DNA of 64,000 nucleotides from positions 33,513,475 to 33,577,474 of the forward strand of contig JARDVH010000154.1 in the NCBI GenBank assembly GCA_030324005.1, read 5' to 3'. Position numbers and translations under genes: made by a program. The notes below the pieces were generated by a model that did not search any database, was not told where the DNA came from, and saw nothing but the letters and a program-made list of their open reading frames with translations. Position 1 is the stretch's first letter. Every line of letters begins with the position of its first letter. This document shows positions 51,860-64,000 of the stretch, piece by piece. Source of the DNA: Negaprion brevirostris. Taxonomy: Eukaryota.

Positions 51860-52730
51860 TATATGGATGATTTTCCTAAATGGACAACATTCACTTCAAT
51901 CCCTTTTGCCCCCTCTTCCCACTTTATCCCCACATCCCTTTAAATATAATCAATAATTTTAACATATGCAATGATTGAGCTTCCACAGCCATCTGAGGTA
52001 GAAAATCCCAAAAATTTTCCACCTACTGAGTAAAAATATTTCTCCTCATCTTGGTCCTAAGTGGTTTCCTCCTTGTATAGAAATTGTGCCCCTGGTTCTA
52101 GATCCCTAGCCAGGAGAAACATCTTACCTGCATCTACCTTGTCTATCCCTTCTAGGGTGGCACAGTAGCACAGTGGTTAGCACTGCTGCTTCACAGCTCC
52201 AGGGACCTGGTTTGATTCCTGGCTTGGGTCACTGTCTGTTTGCACGTTCTCATCTCTGCGTGGGTTTCCTCCGGGTGCTCCGGTTTCCTCCCACAGTCCA
52301 TAGATGTGTGGGTTAGGTTGACTGGCCATGCTAAGATTGCCCCTCAGGTCCTGGGATGTGTAGGTTAGATTGATTAGTGGGTAAATGTGTAGGGGTATGG
52401 GGATAGGGCCTACGTGGGATTGCGGACGGTGCAGACTCGATGGGCCAAAGGGCCTGTTTCTGCACTGTAGGGTTCTATGTTCTACTATTTTGTAGGTTTC
52501 AATACAATCACCTCTCATCTTGACAGACCTAGTTTCCTCAATCTTTTGTTGTAGGATTCTAGTAAAGTCTGGTGAACCTTTGTTGTAATCTCCTAAGGCA
52601 ATAATACCCCATGATAAGGGGACCAAAACTACCGAGTACTCTGGGTGCAGTCTAACCAAGGTTCTATACAACTTAAGACGTCGCTATTCCTGTATTTAAA
52701 TCCTCTTTCGACAAAGGCTAACATGTATCA
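51860..52730 (-). mobile_element. CR1 3' fragment interrupted by an HE1-type SINE
   Basis: LYRTLVRLHPEY and MRGDCIETYKI; the CR1 sequence resumes on both sides of the SINE. Confidence 0.82.
52155..52483 (+). mobile_element. HE1-type V-SINE, apparently full length and little diverged
   Basis: Intact head, V-domain and tail; possible ttcta target-site duplication. Confidence 0.9.
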
Positions 52731-52925
52731 GCCTTTCATTGAAGCTTTGAAACCTTTCCTCCACAAATAAGTTAAATTTACTTCTATTTTTTGTGCAATG
52801 AGAAGTCAAATATGGTATCAGCTAACACTGTTACTTAGAACTTCATGGCCCAGCAAACATTGGCTCTGCAATCAGCAAAGAGTGAAATTTCTCATTAACT
52901 TCAATACAGTTTCACGATAGCTTAC

Positions 52926-52988
52926 CTTCTCAAAATCAGCCAGCGATCGATTCTTGCTTGCTCGGGCCACACATTTTAGTGAATCGGT
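52926..52988 (-). CDS. PSMD11: PSMD11 coding exon (exon 9 eq.), TDSLKCVARASKNRSLADFEK
   Basis: tttaag|ACC...AAG|gtaag, 63 bp. Confidence 0.95.
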
Positions 52989-54415
52989 CTTAAAATAAAT
53001 CAAGAAGTAACTGTTAACAGAGGTAAAATTACTAGTTGCAGTTGGAGTCCACTACAATCACCATTTAAACATACTAGCGGCACAAAAGAATAGCAAAGCC
53101 TATTTTATCACATACTCATGTTTTATCTAAGCTTTATACCATTTCACTCCAAACTTTCAACAAAAGCCAATAAAAAAGTCCAATGTAGAGTGCATGTTAG
53201 GGCCAAAAGAGGACAGTAGATTGATAATTTACTATAACTGCCAGGTCAATACCAATACTGCTCTATCCATAGCTCTATTTTGTGCTTTTTGATCATGTTT
53301 TTCAGTTAGTGAGGCATTGTTAAAGTTGATGCTTTTTTCGATCTGTTAAAATTTACCTTCTCAGTTATACATCACTATCTGCATGGCTCAACATGTTTCA
53401 AGCTGAAACACAAACTCTACAGAAAGACAATAATTCAGCCAAATGCTGGGCTCAAGTCCTTTTTCTTCACAATCTTTCATGAATGTTACAAATTTCAAAA
53501 AGTGACACCATATGGTCACTAATCATGCAATAGGCAAACGTGTGATCAGTGGTGGAACCATGCCATAAAAAGCAAGAAGACTATAGATTTGTTCCTTAAC
53601 GTCCAAAAATCAAACGATCTTAGTTAGCACGGTACCAGTGCTACAATTGATAGTCCTAGGTTTTCTGATTCTGACTAGAAGTGTATGCCCTTTACAGCTG
53701 AACATCTGCTAAGTTCAAACTGCAAAACTTTTGGGTGAGATACCAGAGGTATGCCGGTATTAAGGATAGCTTCAGGAGACAAGAAAAATTGATGGAAAAA
53801 TTAAATTGTGCTAGACCACTAACACACCAGAGATCCAGACCTGGAGGTGAGAAAATAATTCAGAATCTTAATTGGGAAGAGGATGAAATTACCAATGACT
53901 TGGCCTCTCATCTGTTTCTTTCCCACATACTGTTCATATCTTTTGTAAACTAGCCAAATAGAAAGGTTCCTTGGTAAATGCGTCAATAACTCCATCTTGC
54001 TTTCTTCAAATATAGTCTAGGGCTACCCATTAAAGGTAACCCATATTATGATCATAAATCTCTCCTGAAAGGCCCAGCCCTGTCAATTGTAATACAACGT
54101 GGAGATGTAATACGCACATGGAAATGGATGTCAGATCAACGCTGGGTCGTGACTGCATGGATGACAAAATCTTCCAGTAACCCACGGTCCATTTATATGT
54201 GAACAGATTACACTTCCCCACAATGCAACATACTATGCCATATTTCAGAACATAATGGGAAAGAAACAAATGCATACACCAAGTAAATTGAGAGCAAAAG
54301 ATCCAAAACCATCTGTCAGTAACAGACAAAATCTATGCTAAGAAAATATTCATTACGCTTTCTTCTCATCTTCCCCTTTTCCCCAAAATTAAATAACGTT
54401 TAATTTTTTTATTAC

Positions 54416-54476
54416 CTGTCTGCCAGCATATCGGAGTGCAAGCTTCCCACTCACCAATGCCTGCACATCTTCTGGT
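54416..54476 (-). CDS. PSMD11: PSMD11 coding exon (exon 8 eq.), PEDVQALVSGKLALRYAGRQ
   Basis: tcag|A CCA...CAG|gtaat, 61 bp. Confidence 0.96.
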
Positions 54477-54829
54477 CTGAAAAAAACATTTAAAATTGTT
54501 AGGTGACCCACTTTTCTTCAAATATTGAAATACAATTTGCTAAAGCGCACCCTTGCTCAAGCTTCACCCTAGTCTTTTCCCTCCCCAACACAAGACAATG
54601 CAAAGGCATTGCCATCACAACGGAACAATGCATCTCTGAAATACCACATATTTAGGTTATAGTGGACATCAGCTTAAAGGTGTTCTGCAGCATTAGTTCC
54701 ACAAGTATTTTCAAAACCACAAATTTTGATCTTTATTAAGTACAGTCAAAAGAAAAAGGAGACTGTGCTAAGGTCTTCACTAGCATCAAGAAATTCTATG
54801 AAATATACGTTGGACACCTAAACTCATAT

Positions 54830-55103
54830 CACAAAATCCCTACAGTGCTGAAGGAGGCTGTTTGACCCATTGAGCACCAACAACAATCCCACTAACTCCA
54901 TATATTTACCCTGCTAATCATCCTGACACTAAGGGACAATTTACCAAGGCCAAATCAACCCAGCTGCACATTTTTGCGATTGTGCGAAGAGCACTTGGAA
55001 GAAACCCACACATNNNNNNNNNNGACATGGGGAGAATACGCAGACTCTGCGCAGTCACCCGAATCCAGAATGTGAGGCAGCAGAGCTAACCACTGTGTTG
55101 CCC
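54830..55103 (-). mobile_element. HE1-type V-SINE, decayed
   Basis: Same family, reverse orientation. Confidence 0.8.
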
Positions 55104-55352
55104 TTCATCATCGTGTCAGCATTATTCTAAAGTTACCTTCAAAATCAGTTTTTTGACCTCCAAGTCTTCACATTATGTATTTCCCCCCCCACCATGTGTT
55201 CAGTGTTTTCCTGCCAGTAATATGGTGCACAAACCTGAGCTGACATTCATTAAGATCATGGCTGGCTGTTCACTTCAACCCCACCTTCCTACAATAACCC
55301 CACATCCCTCGATCCCGGCACAAGCAATTTTGATCAAAAGCTTTCAAACTTA

Positions 55353-55571
<219 letters not shown>

Positions 55572-57007
55572 TCAACTATTTCCCCATTGTACACCTCCAG
55601 CTGGCAAATAGACATTGGGCACCTCCACTTGGACAGTACTTTAATTAGTATTAGGTTAAACTGTTCCTAACCAATGACAGCAGGAATACCTTAAAAGATT
55701 CCCAAGACGCTCAATGACTTAATTGGGAGTGGTGGTCGAGGGCACCCTGAGATTTGGCAGCTCTAGAGAGTGTAGCCTTTCTGCTAAGAATGGTTAGACA
55801 ACATCTACTGTTCTGATTAACTAACAGCATTTCATTCATCTATTTCAACTGGTACAATGACTGAAAGAAAAACACTGATATCAACATCAGCATGAATCCA
55901 ACTCTCTATTCTACTTGGGAAGGATAGGCAGGAGTGTCCACTGCCGCAGGACATGCTCTATGGTCTCAGGCTGCCTCAGTTAAATTCCCTTCAAGGGATC
56001 TTAGCTGATCAGTGGTTGGTCTGACCAATGGGGACAGCTGGGGAATTAGTTTTCAGCATATTACTTACTGGCCTTTAAAATTAATGGGAAACTATCAAAC
56101 TAGTTTCATTGCAAATGATTCTCAGTTGGACAGTTGATAAAATGGCACTTTTGCTATTGCAGCTTTTATATTTACCAGCAGTAATGACCAGGGATCCATT
56201 CAAAGGCACCAATACTTGTCTTTGTCTTCTTGTAGAAGTCTAGGTGCCTGCAACAGCAGTTTTAATACAGCTGCAGGAAATATGTATATTACTTGAAATA
56301 ATACCTGTTGAAATTACCTGGTTTTACTCACCAAAGTCTGTTGCTAATTCCATCTATCAGGTTTATCTGACCTCTGATTTTAAACTAGCTTGTCCCACAT
56401 TGTCTCTACAAGCCATGCATTTCAAGGCTTAATTATCTTGACCTAGCATGTAACCACTTCAAAGTAGGAGAAAATCCCACATCCACTTTGGCTGTTCTTC
56501 TAGTTCCAAGTCCATCAATTTCTAATTTCATTTTTCTCTCTTTTTCCTCTTTATCCTTCTCACCACTATGCCTCTCCTCTTTTCTCTATCTTTGGGTACT
56601 CTACCTTCACAATTCCTCAGCACTCATCTATTCTTCTGCTGCCATCACAAGTTTGGTTCTCTTGCCATGGTCCAATAGACACACTGAAGCATTGGTTACT
56701 GCCTTCCAACAAGCATACCCCATCTAATGCATACCTCTCTCTCTGCATTTATCCCTGCTAAGGTCTAATCTTGCCCAACTCCTTTCAGCCCCCCTCATTG
56801 CTCCCATCGCTACTTCTATGGAATCTGCCAACAGATTGATTATCTCTGCACCTCATTCCAGAGCATCCATTTACTTGTGAACAAGATCCTTACCATCCAT
56901 GAAGTTGTGAATGATCACATTGATAACATGGCCTTGACAGAGACATAGTTGAGCTAAATGGAAGGAAAAGTCCCACTGTGATGCATTAAAAAGGATTACA
57001 TGTTTTA

Positions 57008-57274
<267 letters not shown>

Positions 57275-58159
57275 TCAAGTAGGATTTTAGCAATGGTGTA
57301 ATAATTCTCATGACTAAACCAAAGCACTCAAGTATTTTTGAAATATATCGTCAGTTTGAAACAATACTAATCCTATTGGTGACAAAATCAAATTAAGAAA
57401 AGTTGAGATTTTACCTTTAAACCATTTCCCATTTATCTAACTAAATTGTCACATTTTCTGACTCAGTGGTGAAGGATAATCAACAACACGCATTTTACTT
57501 CCCATGACATTGGAAAATGAAAGTCAGTGCTGTGTAGGAGGAAAAGGAAGATACTGAACCTCTTTGGGAGGGGGTTATAAAAGATGACAAAAATCAGCCT
57601 AAACCATGGCCCAAAAATCATGCAAGGGACAATTATTCTTGCTACAAAATCCCAATTTTCTCACTCAAGTTTTCCAGTTGCCAAATTTCTTCTGATTAGT
57701 TTGGCTTTTTAAACTTGGCTGGCAGGCAGGCAGTTATCTGTGAATGTCGTGTCCCGATTATGGATTTGGGTACAATTAGGGAACAGCTCCCTTCTAACAA
57801 AGGCTTGTACATTATTCTAATCAGTCAGCTTCATGAAAGATTGGAGGGGGAAGAAATGGACAAGGGTCATGGGGAGGATAATGTAATGGAGGCAGGCAGC
57901 ATGAAAGAGCAGCAGACGAGTGAGCAAAGGTTGTGATGCGGAGCTACGAGGTTGAGCAGGGAGCACCATTTCATTGTCTCCTTGTTTGGGTACTGCAGGA
58001 ACATAGTTCTTTTGAGAAGGATTTACAAAAAAATCATCCATAACACGAGATCAGGAAATTGGCAGAAAACTTCAACTTGAATATTAAATCTAATTAAGTG
58101 TAGAAACTTCAAAAATCTGCATTTAATGAATACTGATCCCAAAAATGAAAGAGAAAAGA

Positions 58160-59900
58160 GGAGGAGGCAGCCATTTGGCCCTTAGAGCCTGTTCCACCAT
58201 TCATTGTCATCCAACTCAGTAACCTCTTCTCACTTTCCACCCACCCCCATACCTTTTGATCTGTTTAACCCCCAAGAGTTAGATCTAACTCCTTCCTGGA
58301 AACATACAATGTTTTGGCCTAAACTTCTCTGTGGTAAAAATTCCACAGGCTTACTTGAACATAGTTCCTCATCTCAGTGGCCCTGGAATCCTTTTCCATC
58401 GAGAACATCCTTCCTGTATCAACCCCGTCTAAGCCTGTTAGAATTTTATAGATTTCTAGGAGATCTTCCCCACCTCATTCTTTAAAACCCTAGTAAATAC
58501 AATCCTAACCAACTCAATCCTCTCCTCATAGGTCAGTCCCACCACCTCAAGAATCAAATCAGTCTCGTAAGTTTTCATAGCACTCATTCTATGGCAAAGA
58601 CATCCTCCTTCAGATAAGGAGACCAAAACTGCACACAATATTCCAGGCGTGGTCTCACTGAGGACCTGTATAATTACAGCAAGACACTCCCGTTTCTGTA
58701 CTTGAAGTCTCTCACTATGAAGGCCAACATACCATTTACTGACTTCGCTGCCTGCTGCACCTACATGCCTACTTTCAGCAATTGGTGTGCAAGGCCACCC
58801 AGATCTAACTGCCCATTCCCCCCTCTCGAACTGGAGCCAGATAATGTGTCTTCCTGTTTTTGCTACCCAAGTGGATAACTTCACATTTATTCACACTATA
58901 CTGCATCTGCCATGCATTTGCCAACTCAATTCGTCTAAAACACATTGAAGCATCTCTGCATCCTCTGCACAGCTCACCCTCCCATCCAATCTTGCATCAT
59001 TTGCAAATTTGGAGATATTACATTTAGTTCCATCCAAATCATTTATGTTGTGAATAGCTGGTTCCTAACACTCATCCCTGCAGTACCCCATTTGTCATTG
59101 CCTGCCATTTGGAAAATACCCATTTATTCTTACTCTTTGTTTGCTGTCTGCCAACCAGTTTTCTATCCATCTCTTTCATGAGACTTTGTCAAAAACCCTC
59201 AAAGTTCAAATAAACCACATCCACTGACTCCCCTTTGTCAACTCTATCAATTAAATCCTAAAAGAATTCCAGCAGATTTGTCAAGCATGATTTCCCTTTC
59301 ATAAATCCATTCTGACTCTGCTTAATCCCGTCACTGTTTTCCAAGTGCTTTGCTATCTCAACGACCGACCTCAGGCGTATTTGTCTATAATTCCCTATTT
59401 TCTCTCTATCCCCACTTTTTAAAGAGAGATTACATTAGATACCTTCCAATCTGTAGCAACTGTTCAAAGAGTGTATAAAATCTGGGATGACCATCAATGC
59501 ATACACTATTACTAGGGCCACTTCTCTGGTGTGGATTATTAGCCCTGGGGATTTACTGTCCTTCAATTTCCCCAACACCATTCCTCTACTGATACCGATT
59601 TTCTTCAGCTTCTCCCTCACTAAAGACTGGGTTCCCAACATTTCTGATATGTTATTTGATCCTCTTTTGTGAAGGTAGAACCAATGTATTTAGTTGGTCA
59701 GCTATTTCTTTGTTCCCCATTGTAAATTCGCCTGTTTTTGACTGTAAAGGGACCTATATTTGTTTTCGCCAGTCCTTTGCTCTTCAATCAGTTTTTATGT
59801 TCCCTGCAAGCTTATCCCTTTCTTAATCAATTCCCTTTGTCCACCTTTGCTGAATTATAAACTACTCCAAATTCTCTGGTCTGTTTTTTCTGAACAATTT
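58160..59900 (-). mobile_element. CR1 RT/3' fragment
   Basis: RPRLEYCVQFWSPY-like segment, GLTYEER, and a CR1 tail at ~58165-58205. Confidence 0.85.
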
Positions 59901-62809
59901 CTATGCCTCTTTCTTCTTTGAACTGCTTCAGTTTAGCACGAGCATCATTTGGCAGGAATGGCAAGAGTTTTTATTGAATATTTCTAAAACTTATCATTGC
60001 TATCATCAAATATGATTCAGGATTATAGTTTTATGAATAGCTGCAGACAAATTGGGACAGTCTGGATTGTACCTATATGGACTATTCTGGCTTGAAAATT
60101 TTTACAAAATTCTTGAGATATCACTGGATTAAAATACATTGCAATATAAAGATATACAATATAACTAACACCAAGTTAATAACATAAGGATAGTCTCACG
60201 AGTTGAGATTCTTAATGTCAGATTTCAGGACCACAAAATATTTAATTTTAAATACCAAGTGCATCAAAACATTTCAATCGAATACATACAGTAACCCAAG
60301 AATAATCCAGTGAGCCTCTCAAGTCTGTTTTTCATTATACTGTTAGATCATGGCTCATCCATACTTTTAACTTAACTCTACCCAGGATATCTTTCCCCAG
60401 CATTTTCATCTNNNNNNNNNNNNNNNNNNNNNNNNNNNNNNNNNNNNNNNNNNNNNNNNNNNNNNNNNNNNNNNNNNNNNNNNNNNNNNNNNNNNNNNNN
60501 NNNNNNNNNNNCTAGTCAAGCATTGGGAGCTTTTTGGGTGCAGTGTTCCAGACATCTAAGTAGTTTATGTGTGCACTCGCATACATGCGCATGCTGGCGT
60601 GTGCGCATTTCCACAGTGCTCAAAAGACTACATAATTGGAAAAACCTTTTCAGGATGGCCAGTCGCCATCATCTGAAATAACACAAAGTATGATTTACAA
60701 CGCTGATGTGAATTTCAATTTGAGCCAAATTTTTTTTTTTTTTTACAATTAAGATCTAAATGATTCAAAGTTTGACTTACATTGCATCACCTGTCACTCA
60801 AGACTATTCACTTTCCAGTCTCAGCTTTAAACCTTACTTCCCCTCCTCTACAACTATTGTCTAGGTCACCTCTAGGAGAAGAGAGTGAGCTGACAAAACC
60901 AGCTCAATCAGTAAAAAACATCTCCTACATTAATTCTGCTCTTTCAGAAAACCCAGTTTAACAGGATAACAGGAATATTGTTATCACTCAATGTTTACAG
61001 GTGCGTATTTCCAGCCAAAGCCACAGTAAAGTGATCAAGAGCAAAAATTTTGAAATAGGGCCACTAAGCACAACTCTGTTGCGATACAATAACTTAACAG
61101 ATGAGAGACAGAACCAGAGACTTGTCTAAACATATGCTTGGCTGGTTATTGACTAAATCTAAACAGCCATCACGGGAAACCCTTTAAAAATAGGGTCAAA
61201 AATCATTCTCTGGTCCAAATACAAGTGGATGAACTGATCATAGGCCTCGCCTATTGTCTCACTTACTACATTGCTGAAAAGTAGAGGAGCACACCTCTTC
61301 AATACCCAACTACCCCTCTCACTCACTTCAGCCATACTTTGTGCCTCCAGCAGAACACCTCAAACCTTTCAAGAACAGACAAGAAAATTCAGACAAAAAT
61401 GTCACAGGTGTGTATCTCTTGACACTAAACACTAGGTCACTAAATTGCAAAAAAAAAGCTGAAAATATGAAATTACTGACTAGCAATGGTATCTGGCTGC
61501 TGGGCATAGGTTGAAAACAATTGTGCAAAGCATAAAAAATGGAAATCCAAGTTGGTTTCAAGATCAAAAAGACGTGGTTTAACATATGGACAGAATAAAG
61601 GCAAACTCCTGTCCACTAAAAACTTGGACAATGGACATGCATGCTAATGAATAAAATAATCTAATACCCATTCTGTTAACCACTCAATTTTGTGGGATAT
61701 GCATCTTTGGTATGGCCTTTGAAATGTCTCTCCAAGATACAGTAAAGTTGCTAAATAAATGTCAGTCTCTTGAAATATTTTCAAACTATAAAAACAAAAG
61801 CTGAAAATTTAAAACAGTGAAAATTCAGCGTACCTGTGCCAACGTATACCCTGTAACTAAATCCAATTATACTTAAATAGTGTACTGGCCTCTAGTGGAC
61901 CGTCAGGGATGCGTAAGCCAAAATTTGTAGAGCCCTGACCCCTGGTGGAATTTGTATGTTGTACACTGAAAAGAACCAATGGCTTAGAGCAAGTTACACA
62001 AAACATAACCAAAATGGTTCAGGAGAAATGCCTTAAAATATTTTGTGAAGTGCCCTGAAAGGGACTGAATATTCCATAAACTAAGATACAAAATCAACAC
62101 ACTGGTCTCATTTTAAACTGAGGCCAGAAATATTTCTGTTTCAGCATGGTAACAGCACTTAAGTGTGCTTCATGAAGTTCTTAGAGATGCATATCAGATG
62201 TAATAAAGACCCTATAAAAAAACTCACTTCTTTTTGAACTTCAACAAAAATATGGACATTCAGATCATTTTGAAACTGATTTCAGAACAAAAAGCAGCTC
62301 AGGATATAAATAAGTCAATACAAGACTCAAACTTACTTTAAATTGTGATTTTAATTCACACGTTCAGTTAGAAATACCTTGGCATTAAATCAATTTCAGT
62401 ATAGTTTTCCCAGAGAGCAGTGTTTAGATCATTTAATTGCACTAATTGAGCATTTTTAAATAGCTGACTAATCAGTCACCATAAGAGCCACCGCAAAACA
62501 GCTAAAACAAAAACCATACATTTCCCAAACTAAAACATACACAGCTTAAAGCAATCACAGATTTCAAACCAATGACAAAATGCAGCACTTAGACCAGCAG
62601 TACTCAATCTGTGTGCTAATTCATTACCACCATCACCGTAGATGTACAAGAGACAGTGAAAGATGAGGAAATTCTTGCATTCTAATTTACTTTAAAGTAA
62701 GTTTGGATTGAAGTTTAGAACACAAGCCACCCACAACATACTGACTGCCACAATGATCACAGCTCCCAGGCTAGCTACCCAATAGATGAAAGGCAGTATC
62801 AATAGTTAC

Positions 62810-62867
62810 CTAATTGCAATGCCTCCTGGTACCTCTTAGTGTCAAAGTACAGAGAAACCAAGCGAGC
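62810..62867 (-). CDS. PSMD11: PSMD11 coding exon (human exon 5 equivalent), ARLVSLYFDTKRYQEALQL-G
   Basis: cag|GCT...TTA G|gtaac, 58 bp; matches Rpn6/PSMD11 and the phase joins the next exon. Confidence 0.95.
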
Positions 62868-64000
62868 CTGTATAGGAAATATTAAAATAGTTAAATGTAC
62901 GTGTTTCAACTGAAGTTTGAACTCAAGTCATTAAAGTGCAAAACTTTTGGAAGTACAGTAAAAATATTTTTAAAAGTATTTAAAAAATCCTTTAGCTCCT
63001 TTGCCAAATTTCCATATCTTTAAATCTTAAGGTCTGAGTCTGACTATACCTAGCTGACAGTCATCCTAACATCTAAAAACATCAATGTAACAAAATTATT
63101 CTGAGGTGCAGTTGCATTGTGAAAAAACAGTTTAATGATTTGAATTAGACTGATGAAAAGTAGACTAGTGAAACAAGAAAAAGTTCTGCAACAGCAGGGC
63201 AGTTGAATTATTTTGTTTCCTTTTTTGCACCCAGAGTCAAGATTTGAGCCCTACTAAAATCAGGAGAAATGCAGTGTTTTGCTGCTTTACGTTTTCTTTG
63301 CTATCACCAATCATTTTTGATAACCAAGTAAGTTTTTCAGCAAGTTAATAAGGAGCAAATCATCATGGAAAGTGCAGTCAGAGGGTAAGGAACTACTATG
63401 GATAAAATCTAAAAATCATGTATTTAAAAGTGGTGATTACTGTTTAAATGTGCACATCAGCAGAGCTTGTATGATGACAAGTGGAAGATTTTAAAATATG
63501 CTCATTAAATTGTATCTTTAAGCCAATTAACTACCCTCAGCACCAGGATCAAGCAGTTGGCTGCAAGCAGTAATTATTAGCTAGAACAGACTACACTAGC
63601 TAGTGCTCCTGCACTCCAATCAATCTCTGCTAAGTTGAAGTTGATCTTTTAAAAAAATGCACAATATACAAAATAAATTTGATATTGGTGAAACACAAAA
63701 TGCCAACATTAAAGAAAAATTACAATAGCTGTGGCAGCAAAATTGTGCTCACTGATGTTATAAAAACCATGGAAGTCAGTATTTGCATCAGTCAACATAT
63801 CAATAGCCTTACCAAGGACAAACGTTTTGTTGAAGTGTCAACATATAATTTGCAGGTTATTAATCAGAACTGAAATGTGCATGCCCAAACTGATGAGATG
63901 TTTCTGATTTTAACAAGAACCAAATTTGACTCTTTATAGACACAATCATACTTTCTTCATGCTTTTACACACACGCATACCTGGAATTGTACTGATTCGT

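Noticed and set aside
52155-52230. tRNA gene
   Set aside because: The A/B boxes are the tRNA-derived head of an HE1-type SINE; there is no complete cloverleaf.
63960-64000. Possible donor (ccag|gtatg, minus strand) as the next upstream PSMD11 exon
   Set aside because: The preceding sequence does not encode the expected ...RTFLRQALE; that exon lies outside the window.

Overview
Vertebrate genomic DNA, not prokaryotic. The repeats (HE1-type V-SINEs, Deu-domain SINEs, CR1 and Penelope elements) point to a shark or other elasmobranch draft assembly with many N gaps. Two minus-strand genes are present. PSMD11 (26S proteasome subunit Rpn6) contributes nine coding exons (62867 down to 37768, equivalent to human exons 5-13) plus a probable 3'UTR-only exon near 28.3-28.8 kb. 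CDK5R1 (p35, activator of CDK5) has an uninterrupted CDS at 4930-5805 whose first ~6 codons lie in a gap. The PSMD11-CDK5R1 order matches human 17q11.2. Most notable observations: (i) a decayed, internally deleted endogenous retrovirus (PBS, gag, pro, pol, gamma-type env, PPT/LTR) antisense within a PSMD11 intron at ~42.1-47.2 kb; (ii) a dispersed family of short fold-back Penelope-type elements carrying minimal hammerhead-ribozyme motifs, one beside an empty-site paralogue; (iii) a PSMD11 stop codon flush with a splice donor and several candidate 3' ends. Repeat boundaries are approximate, read by eye. Comparisons with human sequences and repeat families are from recalled knowledge, not database searches. 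Nothing here can be claimed as a definitively new system without the checks listed.
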